Source of the DNA: the human T2T-CHM13v2.0 reference genome, Homo sapiens
Length of the DNA: 64,000 nucleotides
Strand: one strand, 5' to 3'
Assembly (NCBI RefSeq): GCF_009914755.1
Contig: NC_060931.1
The notes beneath the pieces were generated by a model. It did no database searches and was not told where the DNA came from. It worked only from the letters and a program-made list of their open reading frames with translations. Position numbers and translations under genes: made by a program. Below, one piece after another: positions 33,504 through 46,759 of the stretch; the first letter of the stretch is position 1, and each line of letters starts with the position of its first letter.

Positions 33504-34262
33504 TAAGATGGTAATTTTGTGCTATGTGTACTTTATCATAATGAAAAATAAAAATTAAATTAAAAATATCTTGGGACTCCAAAGGAGGCTAATTTATCCA
33601 ACAGTCAGAGGAAGTGGTCTCTGAGTTAAGGTTAAGCCCAGAAGCATGGGTGGGATGGTGACAATAGCAGCTAACGCTCTGTCCTGAGCTTTTCATGTAC
33701 GTGAACTTGATTAAACCTCTCTATACCCCACCAGATGGATGCTATAATTCTCTCCAGTCTGACTCTGGAATCCAAGAGAAAGGCAGAATTATTTGATTTA
33801 TCTTCTGGTTTATCTCTTTAAAAATATCAGATGCCAGAATATTCCCACAGAATGTCCAAATCAAGAGAAGAGAAAGAAGTAAATGTAGGTTTCTGTAGTC
33901 AATTGTATTCACGTGGAGATATGTTGTTTACAGCTTTAAATAGTGTTCAGAAAACTCCAACAAAGGAATGGGCATTATACAAATGTTTGTAAGTATGTAA
34001 TTATGATACTCATCTTTTGAATCTATAAAAATTAGAAATGTCCCCAGAAAGTTTTGCTACGTGACAATGGAACTAAAAATATAACAGCTACAGCTATCAT
34101 CTACTCAATTCTTGGTTTCATTTGACAAAAAAAAAGTATTCTTAAAATTTTTTTTTAAATAAAAGAGCTTCTGAAGTGGTGACTTCTGCATGCCTGAGCC
34201 CGGCAACACTCCACAGCACCCCTCCTTCCTCTTCTCCGCACGAGCCAGCCTTGGTTGCGTGA

Positions 34263-34412
34263 CTACCGTCCCCGTCCAATCAGACGCAGAATAAAAATGA
34301 AAAGGTCGATGATGTCCAAGTAGATGTTCAGGATAGCAAAAACATACCCTTCAGGGTCCAGGGAATAATGGCGGTGCCCTCCCAGCATGAGCTGCACATC
34401 GATCACCAAGTA
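34263..34412 (-). pseudogene. TMBIM7P: TMBIM7P exon 9 (last)
   Basis: ttcttcaag|TAC; 150 nt, YLVIDVQLMLGGHRHYSLDPEGYVFAILNIYLDIIDLFIFILRLIGRGR*. Confidence 0.92.
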
Positions 34413-35473
34413 CTTGAAGAAAAGGAAGAATTAGCTACTTAAATTGTACATTTCTATGAAATAAGTGTCCCAAATGATCTGGAAAAAAAATACTTTAGCA
34501 TCAGGAGAAACATAGTCGAAAGTCTGTTTTGGGCTGAATATGTTATTCTTACAGCCCCAGTCGGTCACTGGGTTCCCAAGTTTGTAGTCTATAAAAGCAG
34601 GTGCCTCACCTGAGCTGCAAATCCCTTCTCCCCCCTTTCTCCCTGTGTCTCATTTCAGCACCCTTGGAAGGAAAGAAAGCTAAGGTGGCAAATTATTCCA
34701 ATTTGCCCAAGACTCTGATATTCTGGGGAAGTCCTCAGTCCCAGACAAACTGGGATAAATTCATCATCTTTATAAAAAAGGGGGAAAAAAAGCCCCAATG
34801 GCAGAGCATGCAGCTTTGCTCTCAGCCTTCATCTATCACCCTGGAGTCCCAGCTCCTATGCAGAAGTGGTTTTCTTTCCCTTCCCTTCCCAAATCTCTGG
34901 CTTTAATTTATTGCTTCTTGTAAGAGGGGGTATAATGACTCTCAATCATTTCACAGACATGCACGGGATGGTTAGGACTGTAGCTTCTCGGAAGAGTTTA
35001 TGTGCTTGAGGGCAGACAGGAACATGGGAGAGTGAGATGAGCTCAATCCAGCGGTGCCCCGCCCATCCAGGAGGAACAGGGGTCAGGATACCACCCAAGA
35101 CACAACCAACCCACAGGGAAGCCCCAGCCAGGATTCAGACTCCTGTGAGCATTTGGGAGTGAGGCACCCTGCCTCACCCGCATGCCCCCCAACTCTGATA
35201 GTTAAGCTTCCCCCAAAATTCAATTTCCTTTTCCAGCAATTTGTTTGGCATTGCGTAGACCTGTTTGAGTCTACAATCGTTTTTACTCTGCCTGCAAATG
35301 GGAAACAGAAACATCAACATACTTTTGCATGGAAACGTTGTTTGCAAGCATCAGTACAGCAAGCATCAACACAAAAGGTCTGAGAGTGTAGGAATAAAGG
35401 AAAATGAATGCAAATAATTTCCCTTTATAATAGGAAAAGAAATGAGAAAACTGAAATGTATATGCTTAACCTT

Positions 35474-35515
35474 GTCTACACCCATACCACCCTAAACACA
35501 CCCGATCTCGTTTGA
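35474..35515 (+). pseudogene. 3'-truncated 5S rRNA retrocopy (nt 1-42)
   Basis: gtctacacccataccaccctaaacacacccgatctcgtttga is 36/42 identical to the 5S rRNA 5' end (recalled sequence); 22-bp direct repeats at 35452-35473 and 35513-35534. Confidence 0.9.
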
Positions 35516-35721
35516 AATGTATATGCTTAACCTTAACCTCCTGGTGTGAATTTTTCTAACATTTGAAAGATATAACACAATCCCAACAACAATAAAAAGG
35601 AAGCAAAATGTGGGTAGTTTTTATGCCTAATGATAATATATGGGGTTCATTACACCATTCTCAATACTTCTGGATATGTTTGGAAATTTTGAAAATAAAT
35701 AATATTAAAAAATAAAATCTT

Positions 35722-36023
35722 GGCTGGGCACAGTGGCTCATGCCTATAATTTGGGCACTTTTGGAGGTGCCAAGGCAGATAGGATTGCTTGAGCTCAGGA
35801 GTTTGAAATTAGCCTGGGCAACAAAGCAGGACCTTGTCTTTACTAAAAATAAAAATGAAGTCAGCCAGATGTGGTGGCATGTGCCTATAGTCCCAGCTAC
35901 TGGGGAGGCTGAGCTAGGAGGATCGCTTGAGCCCAGGAGATAGGGCTGCAGTGAGCCATGATCATGCCACAGCACACCAGCCTGGGTGACAGAGCAAGAC
36001 CCTGTCTCAAACAAACAACAAAA
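35722..36023 (+). mobile_element. Alu (AluJ-like)
   Basis: Diverged dimer. Confidence 0.92.
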
Positions 36024-36774
36024 CCCTGAAAGATGTGATATGATAAAAGCATGAAATGGAATTCCATGCAGCCCTTGAAAAAGATTAGTTGGACCCAGGT
36101 CTGCTAATATGCAGAAGCCATTATTTTTAAGTGAAAAAGCAAAGGCAGGATGTTATACATAGTATAGCTACGTTTGTGTAAGAAGAAATGGTGCCTATGT
36201 GTAAAGAAGTTCTAAAAGGACTCCAAGAAACTGTTAACAGTTCCTTCTAGGGACAGGGGATAAGAGAGAGATTTTAATTTTCATTTTATACTCTTCTATG
36301 TTGTTTGAATTTTAAAATGTGTGCATGTATTACTTTTTAAATAAAACATTCCTTAAAATAGTTTTAAAGATACAACAGCAAGAGATGGGACTAAATGGAA
36401 GGAAAGACGTTCCCAGATACATTAGCAGTGACCTCCACCGGTTCTCTAGGAGAAGTTTCTATTGTGAAAGAATAGAAACTGGTCTGGAGGGAGAAACAAA
36501 AAAGAAACCACACCACTGCTACAGTAAGTTTCAAAGTTTATAAATAATTCTTCATTCTTTTCTGAAATATTCACTCTTTCAACAAAAGTGATGTTTTCGT
36601 GGATCCGGAAGACCATCTGGCTCTCCTAAGGGTAATGGTTTTAAATATGATCCTTTAAAAGGGAGCTGAAGAGTTTCCAGTGAATTCCTAACCCCATGTG
36701 ACTCCAGGCCTAGCACAAGGGCTTGTCAATGCACATACCACACTCTTACCAAAGAGATGGAGCAATGGACTTAC

Positions 36775-36822
36775 GAGTGAGAAGAGCACAGTTCCGAGTC
36801 CAGCATATAATAGATGCAGCCA
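36775..36822 (-). pseudogene. TMBIM7P: TMBIM7P exon 8
   Basis: ctttgcag|TGG...CTC|gtaagt; 48 nt, WLHLLYAGLGTVLFSL. Confidence 0.92.
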
Positions 36823-36949
36823 CTGCAAAGAGAAAAGATACGGCTGCATATGAAGAAAAATATTTGGAATAATGAAAGGGGCCACTTAGATCACTGCTGC
36901 CAGATAAGGAACCAATATTAAGAAAGCTGAATCTATGGGGGAATTCATC

Positions 36950-37168
36950 TTTTCTTTTTTTTTAAATTAAATTTTATTTTCTTTCAATAGCTTTTGGGTA
37001 ACAGGTGCTTTTTGGTTACATGGATAAGTTCCTCAGTGGTGATTACTGAGATTTTGGTGCATTTGTCACCTTAGCAGTATATACTATATCCAATATGTAG
37101 CCTTTTTACCCTCATGCCCCTCCTACCCTTCCCTGCTAAGTCCCCAAAGTCCATGATAGCATTCTTAG
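36950..37168 (-). mobile_element. L1 3' end fragment (L1PB/old L1PA-like)
   Basis: Poly-T then tttttggttacatggataagttc...gagattttggtgca. Confidence 0.75.
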
Positions 37169-38659
37169 TCAACAGCACCCACTCAATTCCAATAAGCAAG
37201 CAAATAAAAACTAAGCTTGCACATGCTAAATAATATTCACCAAGTAAATGCTAAACGTCTCATGCATGGTAGGGCAAGTAGAATGTATTAGATGTATTTC
37301 ACTTCGTGCCCCATCCACATAGCCCTTCTAGAGAATCTTCCCTCTCCTCTCAGTTCATGGAACAGGAAGCCTTGGGGTCATAGTGACCTTTACACATCCT
37401 AGCTAGAGCTGATTGACAAGCAGTGGAAGACCCCAGCTCCAAAAACAGTGAGTCTGATGATTGATCAGGGACTTCTGATATGTGAGTGGGCTTAGACAGA
37501 TGCACCAGGCCAGCTGGAAATCAATTCTCAGGATAGAGGGAACCAAGTAGCAGAGGCTGTTGTACCTTTAGCACGTGCTGGCACTATTACTGCTATAAGC
37601 AGAGGTGGCTAGTCAACTCAGCCACAGAGAGGAAGGCAGGGTTTTTGTTCCTGGGAAACCCAGTTCTTCTTCCCACCTAGGAGGTCTATGAGTTTCTCTG
37701 GCTCTTTGCCTCAAGCTAGTCTGAGTGGTATCTGTTCCTTGCAACATAAACAGCCCTGGTCAGAATATGGAACTAGTCTAAATGCCAAATGGCTTAGTTC
37801 TACTGGGGAAGAGGATTAAAAAATGGAGTACAACATCTGAAAAAAATATGGCATTAACTCTTCAGGATGAGCAAGCTGGTTCTGAAAGGGGTGGGCAAAG
37901 CACTGCCAGCTTTCAACAAGGATAGGTTCTTGGTGAAGATGATCAGAAGCCAGTGACACAGTCTGGGAGACACAGTATTTCCAGACTGAGCTAATAGTAA
38001 GAAAACACCTGATCATAGGAGTCCAAAGGTTTCAAAATTGCCAACGTCCAACAAGCATGTAGACTTAGGGAATGGCTTCAACAAAGTCTTCCATTTGAAC
38101 ACATGTGCAAGATTGTAGATATTTGTGAAAGAAAATTTAGAATGGGAATTAAGATCTATCTGTCTAGTAGGAAACAGTTTTTTAACTTAAGTTATACTGT
38201 AAAGACCTATGGAACCCACCTAATATCTGCATTATTACTACCAATATCTCTGCTGCCATTAATTAGTGGAGAGCTGGGGCCTTTTAAGGCCCATCTTTGT
38301 GATGCCTTTGAGTTTATCTCTAAAGTGCAGGTGCCACCTTCCTAGCTCTAAGCCTATGGGGTCATTCATAACACTAAACCAATCCAGGAAGAACTGTTGA
38401 TTCTGTGTATGTCTGAAGACCGTGTAAATAGTCCACTTGTTGCCAAAGAAACTCCTTGGTTCAGCATTGGGACCAAGTTGGCCTTAAGGTTTTAGCCAAA
38501 ATGGTCCCAGGCCCCAGACCAGCTCTCAGTGGATCTGGCCTCCAACAGGGCCTCCACATAGGGGCCACTCACAGATTGCCAACACCAATCACACCTCTCG
38601 GTCTCTACAGCCTTTCAGAGTCAGTCCATGGACCGTGCAATGATGTGGGAAAAGCATTG

Positions 38660-38870
38660 GTCACTCGAGTCACCCTGACCTGGCCTCAGTGCCACCCCAG
38701 CCACTCACTCCCTGTGGGACATAGATGAATTATTTAATTTCTCTGAGTCTCTTTTCTTATCTATAAAATAGATGAGCTATGTACTTTTCAGGAATGTTGT
38801 CAGAATTGAATGTGATGTTTTGTGAAAAACACATAGGCCTATGTCCAATATCTAGTAAGAATTCAATGAA
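38660..38870 (+). mobile_element. MIR SINE
   Basis: ttatttaatttctctgagtctcttttcttatctataaaatag core. Confidence 0.6.
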
Positions 38871-39081
38871 TATATTAAAGCAAAAAAAAAAAAAAAAAAA
38901 ACTAGAATTGGAAAATAAGGAGCCTCCTCTAGGCTGCTATCAGAAAGGCCCAAACAAGCCTTTCTGTACCACTCCTGGTACTTCAAACAAGCAGCACCCA
39001 AATATAGGAGAAGGAATCTGGCCTGCCCTCATGGGTAGGCTCACCTCGAGACCCTCTTAGAGAAGGACAACTGTCTAGGGT

Positions 39082-39569
39082 TGTAGCTCAATATTCATGC
39101 ACCACAGCTTCTGTCCATGGTGCCTCCTAACGACCACTGTGGGGGCCACTAGGATTCGTCTCACAGACCTTCATTTACCGGGAGGGGAATGGAACTGACC
39201 ACAGGCACAGATGCTGTGCTGTGCAACCCATTGCAGTTTGCACTTAGGCCATGCTTCCCACTTCTCAGTCCTTGCTGGGAGCAACAGAGCCCTTCCTGGA
39301 AGACACGGGACCACCCTGATGATTGACTTTAGCTCTAGGACTTCCTGATGGCCTTGCTGAGCCGCCCTCAGACCACGCCATATTTAGAATGCTCCCACCC
39401 AGCCTCCCCTCCCTCTCCTTCACTTGAGGCCTGATATGCCGTCATGGTCTGACAGCTCCCCCAGCTGTTGGCTCCCTGCCTCTTTTCTCTCATAGGCATT
39501 TCTCCTATTAAAATCCTTGCACGCTTATCCCCAACTCCATGTCTGCTTCTCAGAGGACCCAGACTAACA
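39082..39569 (+). mobile_element. ERVL LTR (LTR16-like)
   Basis: TG...CA ends; attaaaatccttgcac...gtctgcttctcagaggacccagactaaca 3' end. Confidence 0.65.
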
Positions 39570-39632
39570 TAACCAGCACTTCATCTATATGTTTAACAAT
39601 TCTCTGAGGTTTCCCAGTAAGATCTGACTTAC

Positions 39633-39722
39633 CTATAATCGCACGAAGATTAAGGTAATTCCATAGATTAAAAGCACGAAGCAGAAAACGAATAGTGCTC
39701 CATTTAGCCAGGTAAAATCCCA
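39633..39722 (-). pseudogene. TMBIM7P: TMBIM7P exon 7, ending in a premature TAG
   Basis: cctcag|TGG...TTA TAG|gtaagt; 90 nt, WDFTWLNGALFVFCFVLLIYGITLIFVRL*. Confidence 0.92.
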
Positions 39723-40494
39723 CTGAGGAAACATAAGCAGCATAAACAACTCAGTTATTATCTATAAGAAATTTTAGGATGTTTAAAGATGCATTTTATA
39801 CCCCATAGAAACTGGCCCATTGCTAATAATTTACCCTGATCAATTCCAAGAACCATGGAAATTCATTAGCTCCAACCACTAAAAAATACTACATAAAAAG
39901 TGTTATATTGACTGGGAGGAAAAGGTAGAAGTATGGGTGAAATGCCAGTAGCCATGAGTTGATAATTTTGGAAACTGGGTAATGGGTACTTGGGGTTTCA
40001 TTACATTATTCTATTTTTGTACTTATATGAAATTTCCCATAATAAAAAAATACATTGAATAAGTAGGATGTATATTTGAAGATACAGGATGATCATAATC
40101 ATTCATATGTTCAAAAGCATGTATATAGAAAACATTAACGGAGTGAAATATACCAAGATGTTAACTGGCTATCTTTTTCACATTTATATGCATACGTTCT
40201 AACAAAAGTATATACTAAGCTTTCAAAAGTTACTGCTAATGATTCTTTTGTAATCTGGAAATGTATAGATGTGATTTTTGTTTTTTTCTTTATAAATCAG
40301 TGACCCAAATCAGCCTGAGGAGATTAAGGTTTTCTTAAGAAAGAGGATGTTTATCTTCTGGCCTAAAAAAAAATTAGATTATGCAGACAAACAAGAGCCT
40401 TTAATTCAGTATATTTTCTTGCAGGAGTATTTTCCTAATTCTTTTGTTTCCCCCTTTTTCTCCCTACCCTTAATACACCAAGAGAATAATCCAA

Positions 40495-40849
40495 AACACT
40501 GGTTCTCTGAGTGCGGTTCTCAGGCCAGCAGCATCAGCACCACCTAGGAAATTCATATTATTGGGCCCCACCCCAGACCTACTGATGCAGCGACACAGAT
40601 TGCAGGGCCCTGCAATCTGTGTTTCAACAAGGCCTCGGGGTAATTATGGTGCATGATAAACTTGGTCTAGGGCTGTGCTTTCACTACAGTAGCCACATAT
40701 GGCTGTTGAGCGCTTGAAATGTGGCTGGTCTGAATTGAGGTGTGCTTTAAGTGTAAAATACACAACTGGATTTCGAATTTCAGCTCAAAAAAAGTAAAAT
40801 ATCTCATTCATATTTGGGTTATGTGGATTACGTGTCAAAATGGTAATGC

Positions 40850-40906
<57 letters not shown>

Positions 40907-41050
40907 TTATGAGTTATATGGTTAAATAAAATATACTATCTAAAGAATGTCACCTGTCCCTTTTGACTTTTTACTGTAGTTACTAGAAAATTTAAGATTA
41001 TACATATGACTTGCATTTGTGGCTCACATTATACTTCTCTTGGACAACCC
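40495..41050. mobile_element. hAT DNA transposon fossils (MER5A-like, then MER33/MER3-like)
   Basis: ccagcagcatcagcaccacctaggaa...gggccccaccccagacctactga; then agccacatatggctgttgagcgcttgaaatgtggct. Confidence 0.65.
40853..40904. repeat. (AT)26 microsatellite
   Basis: Uninterrupted AT dinucleotide run. Confidence 0.98.
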
Positions 41051-41748
41051 AGGTCTGGAGAGCAGTAAATCTGGCTTAGGACAATGAAACCCTAAGGCTT
41101 GCTCCTTGTTGGCAGAAAGAAGATGTGACATCATTAAGGAAGGATAACTGGGGTGAGGTAAATTCAGGTGGGGAGCCCTGTCAGCTCTGACCAAGCCCAA
41201 GAGAGAGCAGGTTCCAAGTCACACCTGTGGTGGGTTGTCAGCTTCAGAGGCCCACAGAGCAGGCAGTCACTCTGGGGTCCAGGTGACAGTCATTCAGGAA
41301 CAATGGTGGACGGTAGCATCCCCACCCCATCCTCGCCCTGTCCCCTTCTTGGCCAGTGCCAAGAGCCCACACAAACCACAGTCACATCCCATATTCCCAG
41401 ACCCCACTTTAGAGAGAAAGGCAGGGAGACAGGGAGGCTGAGCAGCTGAGTGTTTTGTATCCACATGACACTATCACCCAGCCCAAAGGAACTGCTTCAA
41501 CTGTGAGGTCCAATTACAGTTAAACCAAATGGACATTTAGTTAATTTTCTCCCTGCTAAGTGGACAGTTGGGGTTCATGAAAAAACTCAAGACTCATTGT
41601 GTTCCTACATTTCCTCTACACTGCTTGGGTTGTGGTTGGACTGAATTTTGCCATCTCCAATACATAATAAGGGAGAAGAATGTGGTTGACCATGGGTTCA
41701 GCTGCCTTTCAAAGTCATCAATGTGAATACCATCTTTAAAATATTTTC

Positions 41749-42101
<353 letters not shown>

Positions 42102-42167
42102 TCATAGGTTACCTGTGACTTAAAATACTAATGGGCTTTTTAAAAAGTATTCTGGCAGTTTAGAGGA

Positions 42168-42463
<296 letters not shown>

Positions 42464-43010
42464 TAGAGGATTTTAAATGGCTTAAGGAGTCTGTGCATTC
42501 AACAGTGGTCCACCTTACTCATTGCAAGGAAGCCTATCTATTTACAAATAGGCTGGTTTCTACAAATGGCCAGCTTTAAGATGGCAAATACTGATCTCAT
42601 CATGAATTAAAGTTGAATCTCTAACTTTTGATACAGTTTAACTAAATATCTAGTAGATCCTTCTGTCTCTCTGACACTTCTTTTTCCACTAGGAAAATGC
42701 TAAAATTCTGCATGTGTGTAAGATCTTCCTTATGATGTGTGCCAAACAGCTTGGGAAATGCACTCCCTTCTGTGTAAGTTATTTACCTAACTAAGGCCAG
42801 CCCATGCTTTACAAAAGGAAATTGACCAGGACTGAAAGGAGGGGCCGCAGGAAATGCTGCATCAGATCTCAAGAACACCCTATGGTTGGACAGAGGCTGA
42901 GCCATCTCACAATTCAACTGAAATAATCTCAAATTATGAGATGTTCTCTGGGACATCTTGGCATTTTGGAGCCTGGTAAACTGTACAACTTTTAAATTTT
43001 TAAATTCCCT

Positions 43011-43490
43011 GTATCAGTCAGGGCCCCAGCAAGGAACAGATGACACACTCAAATAGGATGATTTGAGGAGGGTTTGTTTGTAAAGGAACTCTCCACAGAA
43101 GTGTCTGCAGGCAACCAGAACGGGTAGTGAAGTAAGCTAGTCTGGCAGCCAGCCAAAGAGCTGTTACCAGCCCCAGGCCCAAAGAGGAAAGGAGAGGGGG
43201 CAGTTACAGGAGTCCAGAAGGTTGTGTTGAGTTGGCCACCTTGTGACAGGCAGTGAATCTTGCTAAGGCACACCGCTAGCCCAAGAGGAACTTGTCATTG
43301 GGAGGAAGCCATAGGAATCAGTACCTCTCTCTTCCTGCCTCCTGTCTCCAGCTGGAACTCCCCATTGGCCAAAGCCCATGGAAAGCCCTAAGGCAAGAGG
43401 GCCCTGGAGGTGAGACCTCCAGGACTGAGAGAGCAGGGGAAGGCATAGGAAAATGGGTTGGGGACAAAGGGACATACCTGGCACACTCCC
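43011..43490 (-). mobile_element. Old ERVL-type LTR (LTR33/41-like)
   Basis: tgtatcagtcagggccccagcaaggaacagatgacacactcaaatagg start; purine-rich body. Confidence 0.45.
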
Positions 43491-43505
43491 TTCAATAATA
43501 CCTAC

Positions 43506-43593
43506 TTTTGTTTGTAGAGCAAACAAAGTGAGTGCTAGCATCACCAGAGTGGTTGCAGCTGTTGCCCATGACACTTCCTCGGCCTTGTAGAAA
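43506..43593 (-). pseudogene. TMBIM7P: TMBIM7P exon 6
   Basis: gttttag|T...AAA|gtaggt; 88 nt, FYKAEEVSWATAATTLVMLALTLFALQTK. Confidence 0.92.
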
Positions 43594-43678
43594 CTAAAAC
43601 CAGAGACTGTGATTATTGTTCACATACATTCCGAGAAAAGCACACACAAATCAAAGGAAATGTGTATCAAAGACTCAC

Positions 43679-43716
43679 ACTGATACGGCTCCTAGCTGCA
43701 GACCTTGAAGAGCTGT
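43679..43716 (-). pseudogene. TMBIM7P: TMBIM7P exon 5
   Basis: tttttag|ACA...GT|gtgagt; 38 nt, TALQGLQLGAVSV; phases 0/2 fit. Confidence 0.85.
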
Positions 43717-44934
43717 CTAAAAACAAAATTCACAATAAATCAGAAGCCTGCTTCCCGAGGCATGGGGGCGAGGCCCGGAATCCAGAAGAGGTGATTTGAG
43801 GGGTGTGCTTCTGAGCAGGGTCTAGGGAGCAAGGCGGAATATGCACAGCCTGGTACACACAGCCACAGGGCAACTATGGGGAATGAATAGAATTCAGTAT
43901 TTCTGTAACATCCTCCCTATGATGGACAAGAGAAAATTATTTATTAGTAAACATTTCTTTGAACACAATAGTAACTTTAACATACTCAGTGAATTGAACA
44001 TGTATTAATTATGAATGTAGAAACCAAGGTAAAAAGGTTCATTTGTAGACCATATTGTCATTCATCAAAGGGGGCCATCCACACTGTATCAATGTTTCAT
44101 CAGGACAGGATATGCGGTATCTAAGCTTCATAACATTCTGGGTACAGATGCTTTCCAAGGCACCTGAGGGACAGCCTTCCAACCTCAGACATGGGATGAG
44201 AAACAAGGTCTTCCCAGTGCCGGAGATGGGGCTGGAGGGCAGATACTGGCAGAGCAGAGTGTGGAGCTGCGTCTGCAGGTGCAGTCCTGGGCTTAGGAGG
44301 ACTGTCATCACCCAAATAGAGCCAGGGGTGCGGGGAAAGGTGGGATAGGGGCAGGGGCTGAGAGCCAGCAGGCAGTCAGGCTGGAGGATGAGACCAAGAA
44401 AGGCACTGAGGTTGTGCCCAGGCCCACAGTCAGGCCCACCAAGGCATGAGGACAACAGAGCAGTGGCCGCAGGGCTGAAGGCATGCCCAGCTCCAAGGCT
44501 GCTCTGCCAGAGGCAAATCCAGAGACTGGGCTGACCCACTGGTCCACGGGCAGAGCCAGGAAAGACTCCTCCAGTCTCCAGGGGTAAAAATGAAGGCCCA
44601 TCCTAGTACGAGGCCTGCGAGAGAAGGCTTTGAACTCCCGCTGGCCAAGGATGGCCAGGAGCAGAGGCTGGGAAAGAAGTGGAGTCTCCAAAGTCCTGGG
44701 TTGCCCCTCTGGCATCTCCAAACCCAGTGGGTAATTGCCTGATTCTCTACTTTGTACAACTTAATTAAGTTGGCTTTCTCTATTTCCATTATAGGGAAAA
44801 CAGTGTATCTAGTCTCCATACAAATGATATTTAATAATGTGCTTGCTTCCAGCCTTCCTCTCCAGATGACTTTCTTCCTCTTATACTGGATCGGTTGCTT
44901 CCTATTTCTCCAGCTCCAGCAGCACATGAAGGAG

Positions 44935-45260
44935 GTGTACATGTGTGTGGTGTGGATGGTGTATATGTGAGTTTGAGTGAGGTGTGTGTGGTGTGTGTGC
45001 CTGTGTGTCTGTGTAATATGTGTAAGTGTGTGAGTGTGCATGTGTATGTGGTGTATGTGGTATGAGTAGTGTGTGTAAATGTGTGGTGTGTGTATGACTG
45101 TGTGTGTATGTGCTATGAGTGGTGTGTGTAAATGTGTGGTGTGTGTGTGACTGTGTGTGTGTATGTGGCGTAAGGGGTGTGTGTGGTGCGAATGGCATGA
45201 GGGGGTGTGGAGTGTGTGTGACTGTGTGTTGTGTGTGTAAATGTGTGACTGTATGTGTAA
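44935..45260. repeat. Degenerate (TG)n-rich tract with internal ~65-bp duplication
   Basis: tatgagt(a/g)gtgtgtgtaaatgtgtggtgtgtgt unit repeated. Confidence 0.9.
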
Positions 45261-45724
45261 TTGGGAGCGACTGGGAGGAGACAGGGAGAGAGAAGAGGAA
45301 ATGGTTTCAAGCTAGAAAATGGCTTTCGGTTTTTGAAAGAGTGGAAGAGAGAATAGGAAGAGGCCGTGGAAGTCACAACTGTCTGAAGACTTCAAGAGCT
45401 CAGAACATGGGCTCAAGAGGCCAAAATTCTATGGGACAAAAGCTGTTGTCAGTGAAATGTGTTTTCCTTTTTTCCCTCAACTCCTTTTCTGAAATGGGCT
45501 TTTTCCCATATATCTTTTAACCCTTGGGCATGAGGTTAAGTCTGGAAAACATAACTAATGCTTTGCCCCTGTATAATATCTCTTCTTTTAAGCCGTTACT
45601 TGCTTTGAGATAAACAGCAAAACCTCAGAGATGAGAGCTTCCTTGGAGACCAATAACTTTTATCTCTTGTAATAAACGTTAAGGCCATTTAAAATTTTTA
45701 AGTAAAAAACTCAAACATTTCTGG

Positions 45725-46110
45725 GAAACCAGCACGCCCTCCTGTCGCCCTTCCCCCACCGTCTCGGCTCCCAGATTCCCGCCTCTGTCTGGCTTCCAGC
45801 CCCGCCCCGTTCTGAGTGTGATCTGTGCTGTCAGTGCAGGAACTGGGACACCCCACTGCTGGCCCGGGCAGTGAACAGGGTACCCACACCAGCTAAGGAA
45901 GCCTCCTCCATGCTTTGGCAGGTGAGGCAATGTCCAAACGTGGACAGCAGGCAGCCCGTCTTCTCCAGCCTCAGGAGCTAGCTATTCCTCCCAGCATGTA
46001 AATCCCCAGGGTCGCTACACCGTACTGGTGCTGAGTCTCACCGACGGTCACGTGTTCTTGCTCACTTTGACCACCAGGGGGCGCAGAACCAAACCTAGGC
46101 TCCAGACGCG
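45725..46110. promoter_or_regulatory. GC/CpG-enriched patch with GC box, E-box and CTCF motif
   Basis: ccccgcccc ~45800; GGTCACGTG 46046-46054; TGACCACCAGGGGGCGCAG 46068-46086. Confidence 0.65.
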
Positions 46111-46363
46111 TGCATAGGACTTGATGCATTTTGTACACTAATCTAACCATTATCTTTATTTTCTAGCCCATTTTTCCTTTCATCAGATTTCTCCATTAAT
46201 TGATCTTATCTTCGTATATTATGGATATTTTTATAAGCCACCTCAAGTCTTATTTGGAATCAGATGGGGAATAAATCAATTGGTAAATAAATCTTCCCGT
46301 GAAAGAATGATCAACACTGCTTGGGAAGAAATGCCAACCTTCCCCAAAAAAGAATCGTTTGCT

Positions 46364-46759
<396 letters not shown>

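Noticed and set aside
44430-45520. Long His/Thr- and Cys/Val-rich ORFs
   Set aside because: Translations of the TG/CA low-complexity tract.
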